Positions 9,810 to 19,345 of a stretch of DNA of 41,179 nt are shown piece after piece. Numbering within the stretch: the stretch's first letter is position 1; the number at the start of each line of letters is the position of its first letter. Made by a program: the position numbers and the translations under genes. The stretch is from a virus (Duplodnaviria; Caudoviricetes), in the IMG/VR virus record IMGVR_UViG_3300042347_000838, positions 1 through 41,179 of that record; one strand, 5' to 3'. The notes beneath the pieces were generated by a model. It was not told where the DNA came from. It saw only the letters and a list, made by a program, of their open reading frames with translations, and did not search any database.

Positions 9810-10630
9810 TGTCTCTCCAGGAAGCTGTTAGTACACCAGACATTTTGAATCCCTGCATCGTGCAATACCTCCAGACCTTTGCTGAAGATACCATGCGATA
9901 CATACAGAGAGATTGACGCAGGCTTGAACTCCCGTTGAAGCAGTTTAGCTGCCTCTATGAACGTCCTGCCGCCATCACAGATATCATCTACGATCAACAA
10001 GTGCTGACCTTGTACACTACTGTTGAAGACATTATCGACAGTGAGTCCAATAACCTCTCCTGTCTTTAAGTCCCGAAGCTTATCCAGCTGAATGACACAC
10101 GAATTGAGCTTTGAATGCCTCGCGAAGTGTGAGTAGACCTTTGCAGCCGCCCCTTTGTCAGGTGCAACCATAACAGGACTATTCGTGTTAATGAAGTCAC
10201 GAACATCTCTGTGCTGCCACATGAGTTCATGCTGTGGCACTGCAATAGCATTGTGCAGATACTTCAGAACCATTGGCGAATGTGGATCGTCCACTATGAC
10301 ATCGTTGAAGTGCATGCTGTTGATCAGTTTGGCAAATACGGAAACGCTTAAGGACTCGCCTTGATTGCAAACACGATCTTGCCTTGCATACGGAAAGTAT
10401 GGCAGAATCAAACTGAACTTAGTGCAATCAACAGTACGCTGAAAGGCATCTGACATCATCAGCAGTGTCATTACGTCGTCAGAATTCTTTAGAAAAGCCT
10501 CTATGACGACCTCATTACATTGCTTTGGAACAGTCCCGATATTAACACCCATTTCACCGCCAGGGAACTTCCATACTTTTGAATCTTTTACTACGGAACC
10601 ATCCACAACGATCTTGATCACTTGATTCAC
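9806..10630 (-). CDS. prs: ribose-phosphate pyrophosphokinase-like protein (candidate Adps of NARP1)
   Basis: FPGGE, PYFPYARQDR, DPHS, APDKGA, IVDDICDGGRTF, VSHGIFSKG. Confidence 0.92.
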   Translation of the reverse strand: MNQVIKIVVDGSVVKDSKVWKFPGGEMGVNIGTVPKQCNEVVIEAFLKNSDDVMTLLMMSDAFQRTVDCTKFSLILPYFPYARQDRVCNQGESLSVSVFAKLINSMHFNDVIVDDPHSPMVLKYLHNAIAVPQHELMWQHRDVRDFINTNSPVMVAPDKGAAAKVYSHFARHSKLNSCVIQLDKLRDLKTGEVIGLTVDNVFNSSVQGQHLLIVDDICDGGRTFIEAAKLLQREFKPASISLYVSHGIFSKGLEVLHDAGIQNVWCTNSFLERQ

Positions 10631-10633
10631 CCC

Positions 10634-10822
10634 TTAGGCTGAGATTATAAAGAGAATTGCCCATATTACAGCACCTACAACTGCCACCCATGCAGCGCCC
10701 TTGATTGCGCCCATTACAAAATCTAAGAGGAAGCAGCCCTCCTCTTTATCAAAAATAGCGTGATAGAAGGCACTGATAATAAGCACGAGAAGCGCTAATT
10801 TGATGGCGTTTGTTTCCATCAA
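10634..10822 (-). CDS. small two-TM membrane protein
   Basis: Two hydrophobic helices. Confidence 0.55.
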   Translation of the reverse strand: MMETNAIKLALLVLIISAFYHAIFDKEEGCFLLDFVMGAIKGAAWVAVVGAVIWAILFIISA

Positions 10823-11262
10823 TCACACACTAACTCATACTTATACTGAGTGATCGTCTCCTCACCGACAACCACTCGTCTGCAGTTTTGAGAATCCTGC
10901 TTCACATGCGCAAAGACTGAGAGTTTCAGATACTCAAAATCAAAGTGATAGTCTATATTGAAGGAGCCTGGATACTCGTTAGAGCTGGTCCCCTTTGGGT
11001 CTAGACTAATAAGGAATTCCAAGACTTCTGTAAGTTCCTCACATTTGAACCCCTCGAGACCATACAGCGAAAGGTATGCTGTATAACGCGGACCAGTTAG
11101 GGAAGGAGTGGAAAACTTGCCAGGAAACCTCTTGTTAATCTTCCAGACAAGATCTACCATCTTTGGAGTGTTCTCCATTATCTTGCTATAAAGTTCATTT
11201 GCCTTTTCGACGAAGGGTACAATCTGAATACTCTTCATGACTTTCTTGCTAACAGCTCTCAT
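10819..11262 (-). CDS. hypothetical phage protein
   Basis: 147-aa ORF ending CRRVVVG...YELVCD. Confidence 0.65.
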   Translation of the reverse strand: MRAVSKKVMKSIQIVPFVEKANELYSKIMENTPKMVDLVWKINKRFPGKFSTPSLTGPRYTAYLSLYGLEGFKCEELTEVLEFLISLDPKGTSSNEYPGSFNIDYHFDFEYLKLSVFAHVKQDSQNCRRVVVGEETITQYKYELVCD

Positions 11263-11408
11263 CGTATTTTCTCACTCTGATATGCGCGGTTGCGGAAACT
11301 AGCGGTTTTTGGCCGCACTAAGCCGAAACTGGCAAAGGCGGCTATTCGTATAACTGAAACTTTCGGGGTAGCTGAGGGGCCAGTGACCCCTAGGGCCACC
11401 GGACTGTC

Positions 11409-12464
11409 CTAGCCTAACGAAAATTTTGGCTTTCCCGTCTTGGGATTTATCTCGGCTTCCTTTGCTATTTTCTCTTTGAGGAAGTCGAACATTAAGGGCG
11501 GTTCTACTGGACGAGGCTTGAGGCCTAGCTCAATCTCCAGTTTGTCATTTGCAATTTCAAGCTGATGGGTGAGATTGTCATGTCCAAGCAACTGTTCCCA
11601 TGGAGTGACTTTCTTTACCACATTCTCCGTAGGAGGCTCCTTCAAGAAGTCTTCGGAAATCTCAGGAGCTGGCACGTAAGGTGTATACGGACAAACGTTC
11701 CAACCGACCAGACTAAACTCGTCATTCATTGTCTTCTTAAGGTAAATCAGCTTACCGTTGAAGATCAGTTCTTCTTCCCATGTGTTTCCAAAGTAGCTCT
11801 GATACGCCTCTGTTACTGTGTACTGAAACATCGGTTCTGTATTGAAATCAGCTAAGTATGCCTTTGCTTTCTTTGGGCCAATCTTTGGAATCCCTTTGAT
11901 GTTATCTGTAGGATCACCTTGCAGAAGCTGCTCATAGTAGAAACGTGTAGCCTCCATCTCAGTAACAGTTAGAAACTCATTCTTATGCATCAGGTAATGT
12001 CGACCTGGCATGCAACGAAGATCTTTATCAATGCTACAAATAACGTAATCTTCACCTTGCATAACGCACTCTTGCTGCCAGATTCGAAGCAAGTCATCTG
12101 CCTCTTGGCCGTCAGCAGCGACTGCCATCCCTGCTTCTACTGCCATCTTTCTCAATAACGGAACAAAGGGGTTCCGTTTAGAGGGATCTGCATGCCGATT
12201 TGCCTTATAGTCGGGATACATATCATTTCTAAAATTACCTTCACCCTTCACAGCCATCTTGTACTTATCTGTAAAGCAGCACTCGCCTAGCTCAATTACG
12301 ATCTCTTGAAACTTTAGCCACGCATTATTAAGATATTGCTGATCTTGATCTGGCGTAAAGACCGGTTGTTCTAGACTAACGATTGTGACACCATTACCAT
12401 TTCTGTAGCGACTCTCACAAGCCATATATGCGACGACATCACCGTCTATTAGTGCCGTAGTCAT
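11409..12464 (-). CDS. 5'-3' exonuclease (T7 gp6/FEN-like)
   Basis: ALIDGD, NFR..YPDYKANR, EADD, SIDKDL, GDPTDNIKGIPKIGPK. Confidence 0.93.
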   Translation of the reverse strand: MTTALIDGDVVAYMACESRYRNGNGVTIVSLEQPVFTPDQDQQYLNNAWLKFQEIVIELGECCFTDKYKMAVKGEGNFRNDMYPDYKANRHADPSKRNPFVPLLRKMAVEAGMAVAADGQEADDLLRIWQQECVMQGEDYVICSIDKDLRCMPGRHYLMHKNEFLTVTEMEATRFYYEQLLQGDPTDNIKGIPKIGPKKAKAYLADFNTEPMFQYTVTEAYQSYFGNTWEEELIFNGKLIYLKKTMNDEFSLVGWNVCPYTPYVPAPEISEDFLKEPPTENVVKKVTPWEQLLGHDNLTHQLEIANDKLEIELGLKPRPVEPPLMFDFLKEKIAKEAEINPKTGKPKFSLG

Positions 12465-12670
12465 ATTTCATCCTCGCTAGAGTTAACGGCGTCCTCATGT
12501 AATTCAGAACACCTATGACTGAAGTGTTCTGTTATAAAGATCTGTAACTCTTGCATGCTTTGAAATACACATTTCTCGGACGGTCTGTATCCTCTCGCAT
12601 CGTCATAACAGTCCATTACGATGAAGCCATTCTCAGCTGGCTCTATTGTTATTCTTATATTAGATTGCAT
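12461..12670 (-). CDS. hypothetical protein
   Basis: IEPAENGFIV motif; coupled to neighbours. Confidence 0.6.
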   Translation of the reverse strand: MQSNIRITIEPAENGFIVMDCYDDARGYRPSEKCVFQSMQELQIFITEHFSHRCSELHEDAVNSSEDEI

Positions 12671-13005
12671 TATTTATTGTACCATACAAAGTGGGTGGCC
12701 CACTCGGGTCGTGTTGTATATCCAAGAGGATGTTGGTTTGAGTACCCATCTTTCGTTGCAAAGTAGCCAATACCGTCATCTGGACCAAAGCATATAGTAT
12801 CCATCTCTATGTCTTTGTTAAGCTCAATTAGCTCTGCAAAGTCCTCAATAGGCGTAAGCAGCAGACCGCTCTTTCTGAAGATGGCGTCATAGTTAGACCT
12901 ATACGCATCACTCGTCTGCTTGGTCTGTAACTTTTCACCAGTGTGAGGATTTCTATCAGTTAATTTCCGGGACAATTTCTTTCTCCAATACTTTTCCACA
13001 TTCAA
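12670..13005 (-). CDS. hypothetical protein
   Basis: Packed ORF; ends PEWATHFVWYNK. Confidence 0.6.
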   Translation of the reverse strand: MNVEKYWRKKLSRKLTDRNPHTGEKLQTKQTSDAYRSNYDAIFRKSGLLLTPIEDFAELIELNKDIEMDTICFGPDDGIGYFATKDGYSNQHPLGYTTRPEWATHFVWYNK

Positions 13006-13168
13006 CTGCTAGCAGATTTCTAGCCGCCTCGTGCAAGTGTATATTTGCATCACACAGCTGATTCCGCATGTCGCCTGTCGGGGTCGTTAAAATCAGCGGA
13101 CCAATCTCGTTAATACACAGATCGATTACTTTCCTTACTGCTTTGAAATCCATCAATACTCCTTTGAA

Positions 13169-13245
13169 TGGCCTGCCCTGCTGGATTCGAACCAGCTACC
13201 CCCGCCTTAGAAGGGCGGTGCTCTATCCAGATGAGCTAAGGGCAG
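13169..13245 (-). tRNA. tRNA-Arg(TCT)
   Basis: CTGCCCT/AGGGCAG acceptor, CCGCC-CTTCTAA-GGCGG anticodon arm, TTCGAAT T-loop, encoded CCA. Confidence 0.96.
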
Positions 13246-13249
13246 TATG

Positions 13250-13334
13250 TGGTCCCCGGAATCGGACTTGAACCGATATGACCAAAGTCGAGGGATTTTA
13301 AGTCCCTTGTGTATACCAATTCCACCATCCGGGG
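13250..13334 (-). tRNA. tRNA-Leu(TAA)
   Basis: CCCCGGA/TCCGGGG acceptor, AGGGA-CTTAAAA-TCCCT, long variable arm, TTCAAGT, encoded CCA. Confidence 0.96.
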
Positions 13335-13335
13335 T

Positions 13336-13450
13336 GTTGATCAGTCTTTTCTTTCCAGACCGTTACGTACGGTACTCATGAATTCTCGAGCCGTCTTCCA
13401 GCTTGGACCATTCCTCTCGTAAAGACCAGAGGGCAGACTCGGTGTTCTCA
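13336..13450 (-). ncRNA. putative structured RNA directly 5' of tRNA-Leu
   Basis: Helices CGAGTC/GGCTCG, CCTCT/AGAGG, TCCA/TGGA, ACCGT/ACGGT, GGTCT/AGACT; no ORF. Confidence 0.5.
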
Positions 13451-13678
13451 AGGATATCGATTGTTACATGTGATTCGTAGTAAATTGCATCCATTGACGC
13501 TCCTATTGGTATTTAACACTTACAATTTCAGGATTTCGTCCCTTATAATACAGCATAGCGCGTCTCTTTGCTTCTTCATGCTGATCTTTCGAGTCACCAT
13601 TAATGAACTCAGTCCGAATAATCTGTTGGCGGAAGCCCTCAGCATTCGTAAACCACAGACACACTGAGTAGGCCTCCA

Positions 13679-14125
13679 TCAAACTGCCTTTTTCACAAAC
13701 AGTGTAATCGTGTTTGCCAGCTTATCGCGCTCAGTTCTCCAGCGCTTCGTGTTGTCAGGCTCCTTACCAATAAGCTTATCCGCAACATTGCAGATAGCGG
13801 AATGGAAAGACTTAGCCTTTTCTTCATCAAGCATGCTGGTAAAGAACACATGACGACCACCCTTTTCTGCGATCCGCTTTACATCACGGTCAATGTTCGC
13901 TCCGGACCAGTCAAATTTCTTTTGACGCACAACACCGGTGGCGCCTTTACGTGTCTTAACGTTGTAACGGTTCGGATTCTTCTCAGGCTTCGCGACCTTC
14001 AGCTTAGGTTTAACGCTAAGAGGTTTGCGAAGCATGGTTATTTCATGATTCGGGAGTAGGATACGAGCGATGTCTATCAGCGCCATAATAACTCTTGCTT
14101 CGTCTGCTTGTGTCAACTGTGTCAT
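13679..14125 (-). CDS. basic hypothetical protein
   Basis: 148-aa Lys/Arg-rich ORF. Confidence 0.6.
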   Translation of the reverse strand: MTQLTQADEARVIMALIDIARILLPNHEITMLRKPLSVKPKLKVAKPEKNPNRYNVKTRKGATGVVRQKKFDWSGANIDRDVKRIAEKGGRHVFFTSMLDEEKAKSFHSAICNVADKLIGKEPDNTKRWRTERDKLANTITLFVKKAV

Positions 14126-14141
14126 TTTTATTCTCTTAAGT

Positions 14142-14735
14142 TTAGGATTTTTCAGATATAACTTCAGTCTCTAGAATCTTAACTGAAGCCTTGTCTCTAA
14201 TAGTTATCTTATAAATTCTGTTCGCATAGAAATTAGGCATTTGCTTGTCTATTCCAACTAATGACAACGCCCAAATAAAGATCGAAAAGATATCACTAGA
14301 TCTATTAGAAAATGTATATGTCTTATACAGCTTTTCTTTATACTTTGGATTGGTGTATGTATAACAAATCGAACCATCACTTGCGATCAAACCACGCAAG
14401 AACATCTCAGGGAATTCTTCTACAATTTCCTTTTGAAAATCTGCTAACTCAATTTTACGATCGTGCTTAAAGCCGGTCCCATACTGCGGGAATAAATCCA
14501 TAAAGTTAGTTACTGTAAGTTTCAGATTAATACAACCTTCCCTGTCTTGCTCTTGTACTGGTCTTTCAAAGACACATTCCATCGCTGTAACAGTCTCAGA
14601 TATGAGATTTAAGTGCTTCATATCTAACGCTATTGTTAGTCTATAGTGTTCGCAAGTAGGATCTTTGTAAATCGAACCATCACCTAAGTACAACCCTAAA
14701 AGGAACGAATAAGCTTTCCTGCGCTTAACTTCCAT
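14142..14735 (-). CDS. LAGLIDADG homing endonuclease (two-motif)
   Basis: YSFLLGLYLGDGSI and FLRGLIASDGSI, YTFSNRS; GGAG RBS just after tRNA CCA. Confidence 0.85.
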   Translation of the reverse strand: MEVKRRKAYSFLLGLYLGDGSIYKDPTCEHYRLTIALDMKHLNLISETVTAMECVFERPVQEQDREGCINLKLTVTNFMDLFPQYGTGFKHDRKIELADFQKEIVEEFPEMFLRGLIASDGSICYTYTNPKYKEKLYKTYTFSNRSSDIFSIFIWALSLVGIDKQMPNFYANRIYKITIRDKASVKILETEVISEKS

Positions 14736-14748
14736 AATTATCTCCAAA

Positions 14749-14824
14749 TGGTGATCCCGATTGGATTTGAACCAATGACCAACACCTTATGAGGGAGCTG
14801 CTCTTACCACTGAGCTACAGGACC
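14749..14824 (-). tRNA. tRNA with CAT anticodon (Ile2 or elongator Met)
   Basis: GGTCCTG/CGGGATC acceptor, CTCATAA loop, TTCAAAT, encoded CCA; one T-T mismatch in anticodon stem. Confidence 0.9.
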
Positions 14825-15286
14825 ACTGCTACAATTAAACTACTTAACGATTACCTACGGGTATTTCCCTACGACCATCAAGGCCGCTTGCATGGCCACG
14901 ACCCCAGGGCGCATAGATATTGCGCTCAAGGGCTTTGTGGTCAATGTAATACACACGCGATACACCGCCCTTGTATGTGCTTCTCAAAGAGTGGTTTTGC
15001 AGGACCATTGCCTTAACAGCCTTTGTAGGAATAATGGCCGGTAGGACTGCCTGCGCAGAGTTGCCTGTGTCTTTGATCATTTATTACCCTTCTTTGTTTG
15101 TTTGCGGACTTTCTTGCTGCGCTTGATCTGATCTCCCTTGAGTTGGAATGGTTGATTGTGTGGAGCCTTTGGATGATTTTTTGCGCTGTCGCTCATTGCT
15201 TCTCCTATCAGTGTACATAGAACCTGGATCAAACCCGAACTTTTCTTTTACTTCCTTGCGGTAATAATCGTCCGCATACTCACCCA

Positions 15287-15625
15287 TTATGCTCTCCAGC
15301 CGTCTGGGAGAGAGCAATTAGAGGGTGCTTCAGCAAAGAACGGCGCTATTTGTGCTTCAGTGAAACCAGCTAAGCCACATCCAACCTTTGTAACATTGAA
15401 CTGTAGCTCAGGATGCATAGTTGCGTAACGCAGAAAGACCTCTATATGATACGAGACCTCTGCCAGCGACATCTTTATCCACTTAGTCCGCTTTGTAGGC
15501 AGTGCATATGAGTTTCCAAAGTGACCTATACCTTGACCATATACTGCCCCATAGCTATCAAGCGCATCTTTAGCAGCACCACGCTCATGACGGCCTTCCA
15601 GATTACTTCCAAATACGAAGATCAC
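15287..15625 (-). CDS. conserved phage protein (A1S_2505-like, macrodomain-like)
   Basis: IFVFGSNLEGRH..GAA, GNSYALPTK, VTKVGCGLAG. Confidence 0.7.
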   Translation of the reverse strand: MIFVFGSNLEGRHERGAAKDALDSYGAVYGQGIGHFGNSYALPTKRTKWIKMSLAEVSYHIEVFLRYATMHPELQFNVTKVGCGLAGFTEAQIAPFFAEAPSNCSLPDGWRA

Positions 15626-15916
15626 CTTTGAAGCTCCTTTTCTATACTAGCAGGGACGCCGCCTATAGACAGATATTCAGCATCTTCTAGTCCCCGGACG
15701 GTGTACCGATCTTGCCCCCAGCAAAAAGTTATTGTAGGGGCCTTGAATAGTGACTTCACCCTCCACCAAAAAGTAGGCACTAATATTACCGTGCTCCATT
15801 CACAGCGATTGAAGGGTTCTTTCATAGCTCATTTCCAAATACGAAGATCACTTAACCTCCTTATTAGACGATTTAATCTCCACCAGTACAACTTCGGGAA
15901 CATGATACGCTTCAAC

Positions 15917-16144
15917 TCAGTAATACGTCTTGACAAAGCGTCCGTCATAGAACTCCTTTCGAGGGCGTATCCAAACGTTACCGTTTCGCAATGCCCCATT
16001 CTTTGATGCTTCAACGTACACCACAGAGTCCTCTAACGTACTTTCAATCTTGCCGAACGCAAAGACAAGGTAAAGATTTCCTGTGTTGAGATGCTCTACA
16101 ATGTCACCTAATCCAAACTCTAGTCGCTCGGCTGCTATACCCAT
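15917..16144 (-). CDS. DUF1653-like protein
   Basis: H..TGNLY.V...E.TLE..VVY...WIRP.KEF..GRF. Confidence 0.65.
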   Translation of the reverse strand: MGIAAERLEFGLGDIVEHLNTGNLYLVFAFGKIESTLEDSVVYVEASKNGALRNGNVWIRPRKEFYDGRFVKTYY

Positions 16145-16294
16145 TAGTATACCTCGTGCTTCTGCGTTGGATCAAACTTAGAAGTCAACTCGTGCAATTG
16201 CTTAGAATTGATCAATTGTTTGCTATAAGCGTTGCATAAAATCCGACTAATTTCTCTGTTCCAGATACGATGCGTAATTTTCAAGATTAATTTA

Positions 16295-18262
16295 TTAATG
16301 TACTTCATACCAGTTATTTCCTATCTTAGCCTCACCGTCCATGATCTCTACGCCGAATAACTTAGGACCATCGATGAATGCTTGCTTGCTGATTTTAGCT
16401 GCCGCCTCTGCATGCTCTTCAGGGACCATGAAATCCTCTTCGTCATGCATCATGATACAAGGTTGATACGGAATACCAGCCTTTTCCAGACCTTCCATGG
16501 TCAGCATTACTGCGGCTGAGCATGTAGCCTTCTCTGCAGCCTGGAGAAGATATACGAGAAGCTTATGGAATGAGTCACAATAAAGTCTATTGCCAGCAAT
16601 ACCGGGAATATATCCATTGCCCCACTGTTTAGTTTTTCCAAATATATTCTCCAGTTTCTTTAAGAGTGCGTCGAATCCAGGGACTGCCTTAGTAAAGCCA
16701 ACCTTGAGTTTCTTTCCTTTAGCCTCATTAACAGTATCAAACAGATAACTCCATAGCTTACCGCCAGAAGCGCCAAACAAGAATGCATACAGTACCCTTT
16801 TCGCTCTGCCTCTTTTTGCCTTTGCCAATTTATCTGGCTCGCCTTCAATACCAACTGATACCAGATATGCATTCCAACTAACGCCCATACTTGTCAACAC
16901 TGCATCCAACGCCCTTGCATTAAAAGCATGAATATCACCGTTAAGCAGCTGATGAGTGAATTCATCGCTCTTAAGGTAATGTGCAAGGCCTCGTGCCTGA
17001 TTACCAGCACTGTCAGCACCAATCAGTTTCCAACCAGGTTTACATTTAAAGAGGGCTCTCATTTCTGGACCCCAAACTGAGTCTGCTGCAGGAACATTCA
17101 CAATAATCTGATGCCTGGCACGCATACTTGGCGTACCGATTGTCATGCAACTACCATGCAGATTACCGTTGTCATCTACGTGTTTAAGCCAACCCTTAAG
17201 GATGCCTACACGTGACGATGTTGTAAGGAAGTCACAGTACATCTTGCCATCACCATGCATGCACTCAAGACTGTCTTCAGTTATCTTTGGAGATGTTTGA
17301 ATCTTTTCAGTCCGGTTGGTTTCAGGATTAAACACATGCTTTGTGTTCCATGTAGTCGGCTCCCAACCATTTCTAAAAAGAAAGATCTTAACATCGTGAA
17401 CACTGTTGATGTCAAGGTCTACGATCTCAATACGTGAGTATGGGCCTTCTACTAGCCTGTCGTCATCCTGACCGCTAAATTCATTTATACCAAACCAATT
17501 TGCTGTGCTTAACGCATAAGCACCACTCTTGACCCACTTGGGTTCTTTAGCCTCTACTTCACCGTTTTTCTTATCGACAGCAATAGCCTTCTTTCCAAGA
17601 TTAGGGAGAAGCTTATCTCTTACTTTGGCCAGCTCTATCTCCATTTCTGCAAGCAGTTCTCTGGCTGTTCTTACATCAAAAGGCCAACCATATAGCTCTG
17701 CCTGGGCACACCATTTCGCTACAGCAACTTCTGCTCTCAGATACTGCGTAATTCTAGCGCCATTAGGAGCGTTCGTAAGCGACTTGTACTCAGCCATTAC
17801 GACGTCATGAATTTTACCGGTGACTACCAAGTCTTGTTTCCAGTAGTCCAGCATCATAGGACCCTTGCGTAGCCAGAATTGAGCTTTTGACTCGCCTTCT
17901 TTAGGTGCCCATTCGTCGTACTCACCCTTTTCACAATTCAAAAACTCACCCCAGCGTGCTAATGAGTGTCCATCATTTCCAAAACGTTTATAGTTCAGGA
18001 TTTGTGACATAAGCATGGTGTCGTGCATGCGCTGGTCAGCTCGTGGCTTATAACCAAATAATTTCTCAAGTACAGTGAAGTCATACGAAATCATGTTATG
18101 ACCGATAAATACTGTAACTTTCTCAAACTCTTTAATCCAACCCAAGTCACCGTCTAGCCAGTACTTTACTTCATTTGTATCCTTGTTTCTTATGCCGATG
18201 ATCCATGCTGTAGTAACAGTACTCAGCAGGCCATCAGTCTCTATATCCATTATCGCGCGCAT
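16295..18262 (-). CDS. polA: family A DNA polymerase with 3'-5' exonuclease
   Basis: DIETDGL, GHN..YD, HSLARWG, motif A GADSAGNQAR, motif B RAKRVLYAFLFG, motif C MHDE. Confidence 0.95.
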   Translation of the reverse strand: MRAIMDIETDGLLSTVTTAWIIGIRNKDTNEVKYWLDGDLGWIKEFEKVTVFIGHNMISYDFTVLEKLFGYKPRADQRMHDTMLMSQILNYKRFGNDGHSLARWGEFLNCEKGEYDEWAPKEGESKAQFWLRKGPMMLDYWKQDLVVTGKIHDVVMAEYKSLTNAPNGARITQYLRAEVAVAKWCAQAELYGWPFDVRTARELLAEMEIELAKVRDKLLPNLGKKAIAVDKKNGEVEAKEPKWVKSGAYALSTANWFGINEFSGQDDDRLVEGPYSRIEIVDLDINSVHDVKIFLFRNGWEPTTWNTKHVFNPETNRTEKIQTSPKITEDSLECMHGDGKMYCDFLTTSSRVGILKGWLKHVDDNGNLHGSCMTIGTPSMRARHQIIVNVPAADSVWGPEMRALFKCKPGWKLIGADSAGNQARGLAHYLKSDEFTHQLLNGDIHAFNARALDAVLTSMGVSWNAYLVSVGIEGEPDKLAKAKRGRAKRVLYAFLFGASGGKLWSYLFDTVNEAKGKKLKVGFTKAVPGFDALLKKLENIFGKTKQWGNGYIPGIAGNRLYCDSFHKLLVYLLQAAEKATCSAAVMLTMEGLEKAGIPYQPCIMMHDEEDFMVPEEHAEAAAKISKQAFIDGPKLFGVEIMDGEAKIGNNWYEVH

Positions 18263-18321
18263 TGTTTCCTCAACCTATGGTTGAAGGGGAGCAACACACG
18301 TCACTCCCCTACCTGCTACAA

Positions 18322-19101
18322 TTACTTTTTAATGAAGGTCAAACTCTCAGTTGTTACAGGCACACCCTTCACTCTGTCATCATTCAGACATTTATTATAC
18401 TCAGCGTCCAGGATGATTGCAGCACCAGCCATCAGGTGCGCTAAATGAACAACTTTACTGTCAGGTGCACAGTCTTCTCCGCTGTACCATGCAAGTAAAT
18501 GTCTGAGCATGGCATCATAAAACACAGAAGCTGTTACACCAGTACCACGCCAATTGAACAGACTGTACTTATTGACACCATCTTGCATTGCCATCCCTAG
18601 CGCCATTATAGCTATAGGCGGGATGCCAGACATTTGCGGCTTACCTACAGCTGCGGCTGTCTTTAGATTAGCATCAGGGAGCTTAGCAGCAGTCTTCCAG
18701 GAGTCAGGTGTAGGAGTAGTAAGTATGTGAGCTAGACCATGTTCTTGCAGCGTTTGCTCTGCATGCCTTTCACCTTTAACATGGATACCAGTTTCATCCT
18801 CGTTAAAAGGATCCCAAGGATGCTTACAGACAGGACAACCATTCTCCCTGATCTTCTCGCGATTAGCTGCCCTAGCATCCGCATCTTGCCATTGAGCAAT
18901 CATACAAACCTGCTCGTACCATTCTTCCAGCTTGTTAAGCGAATCTGTCTTATAAACTTCTTTACCAGACGCATTGTCCGTAACATTTACAATGAAGCTG
19001 AACAGTTTGCGCTTTGCAACCTCTTGAAAAATTTCCTCGACTCTAGTGGTAACATCTATGCGAACACCATTATGATCGTACAGCTCGTATGTATACCTCA
19101 T
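18322..19101 (-). CDS. DUF5664 dATP/dGTP diphosphohydrolase-domain protein with N-terminal extension
   Basis: GKPQMS.IPP...G..KYSLFNWR...YDAMLRHLLAWYSGED.APDS...HLAH. Confidence 0.8.
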   Translation of the reverse strand: MRYTYELYDHNGVRIDVTTRVEEIFQEVAKRKLFSFIVNVTDNASGKEVYKTDSLNKLEEWYEQVCMIAQWQDADARAANREKIRENGCPVCKHPWDPFNEDETGIHVKGERHAEQTLQEHGLAHILTTPTPDSWKTAAKLPDANLKTAAAVGKPQMSGIPPIAIMALGMAMQDGVNKYSLFNWRGTGVTASVFYDAMLRHLLAWYSGEDCAPDSKVVHLAHLMAGAAIILDAEYNKCLNDDRVKGVPVTTESLTFIKK

Positions 19102-19343
19102 TCAATCCCTCCATGATCAAATTCATGTTGAGCAGAGGCAGGATTCACATACTTCCTGTACAACTCTTGCTTAGCAGACTCGACTGCTCCAATGGCTTCT
19201 TGGAGAACCGCATGGTCATGCTTTGCATACTGCAATGCCAGCTGAAGAATCGCATAGGTCAGTTCACCTGGCGTCTCTAGCTGGCAATTTCCAATTGGGC
19301 TTATGTCAATCGTCACCCTTGATGTTTTAGGCGGATATGACAT
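19098..19343 (-). CDS. DUF6899-like hypothetical protein
   Basis: PGELTYAI...AIGAVESAKQELYRK. Confidence 0.6.
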   Translation of the reverse strand: MSYPPKTSRVTIDISPIGNCQLETPGELTYAILQLALQYAKHDHAVLQEAIGAVESAKQELYRKYVNPASAQHEFDHGGIE

Positions 19344-19345
19344 GG

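Noticed and set aside
11263-11408. Mini CRISPR array (GAAAC/GTTTC words)
   Set aside because: Only 6 nt are shared and the 30-nt period is too short for repeat plus spacer; no cas genes
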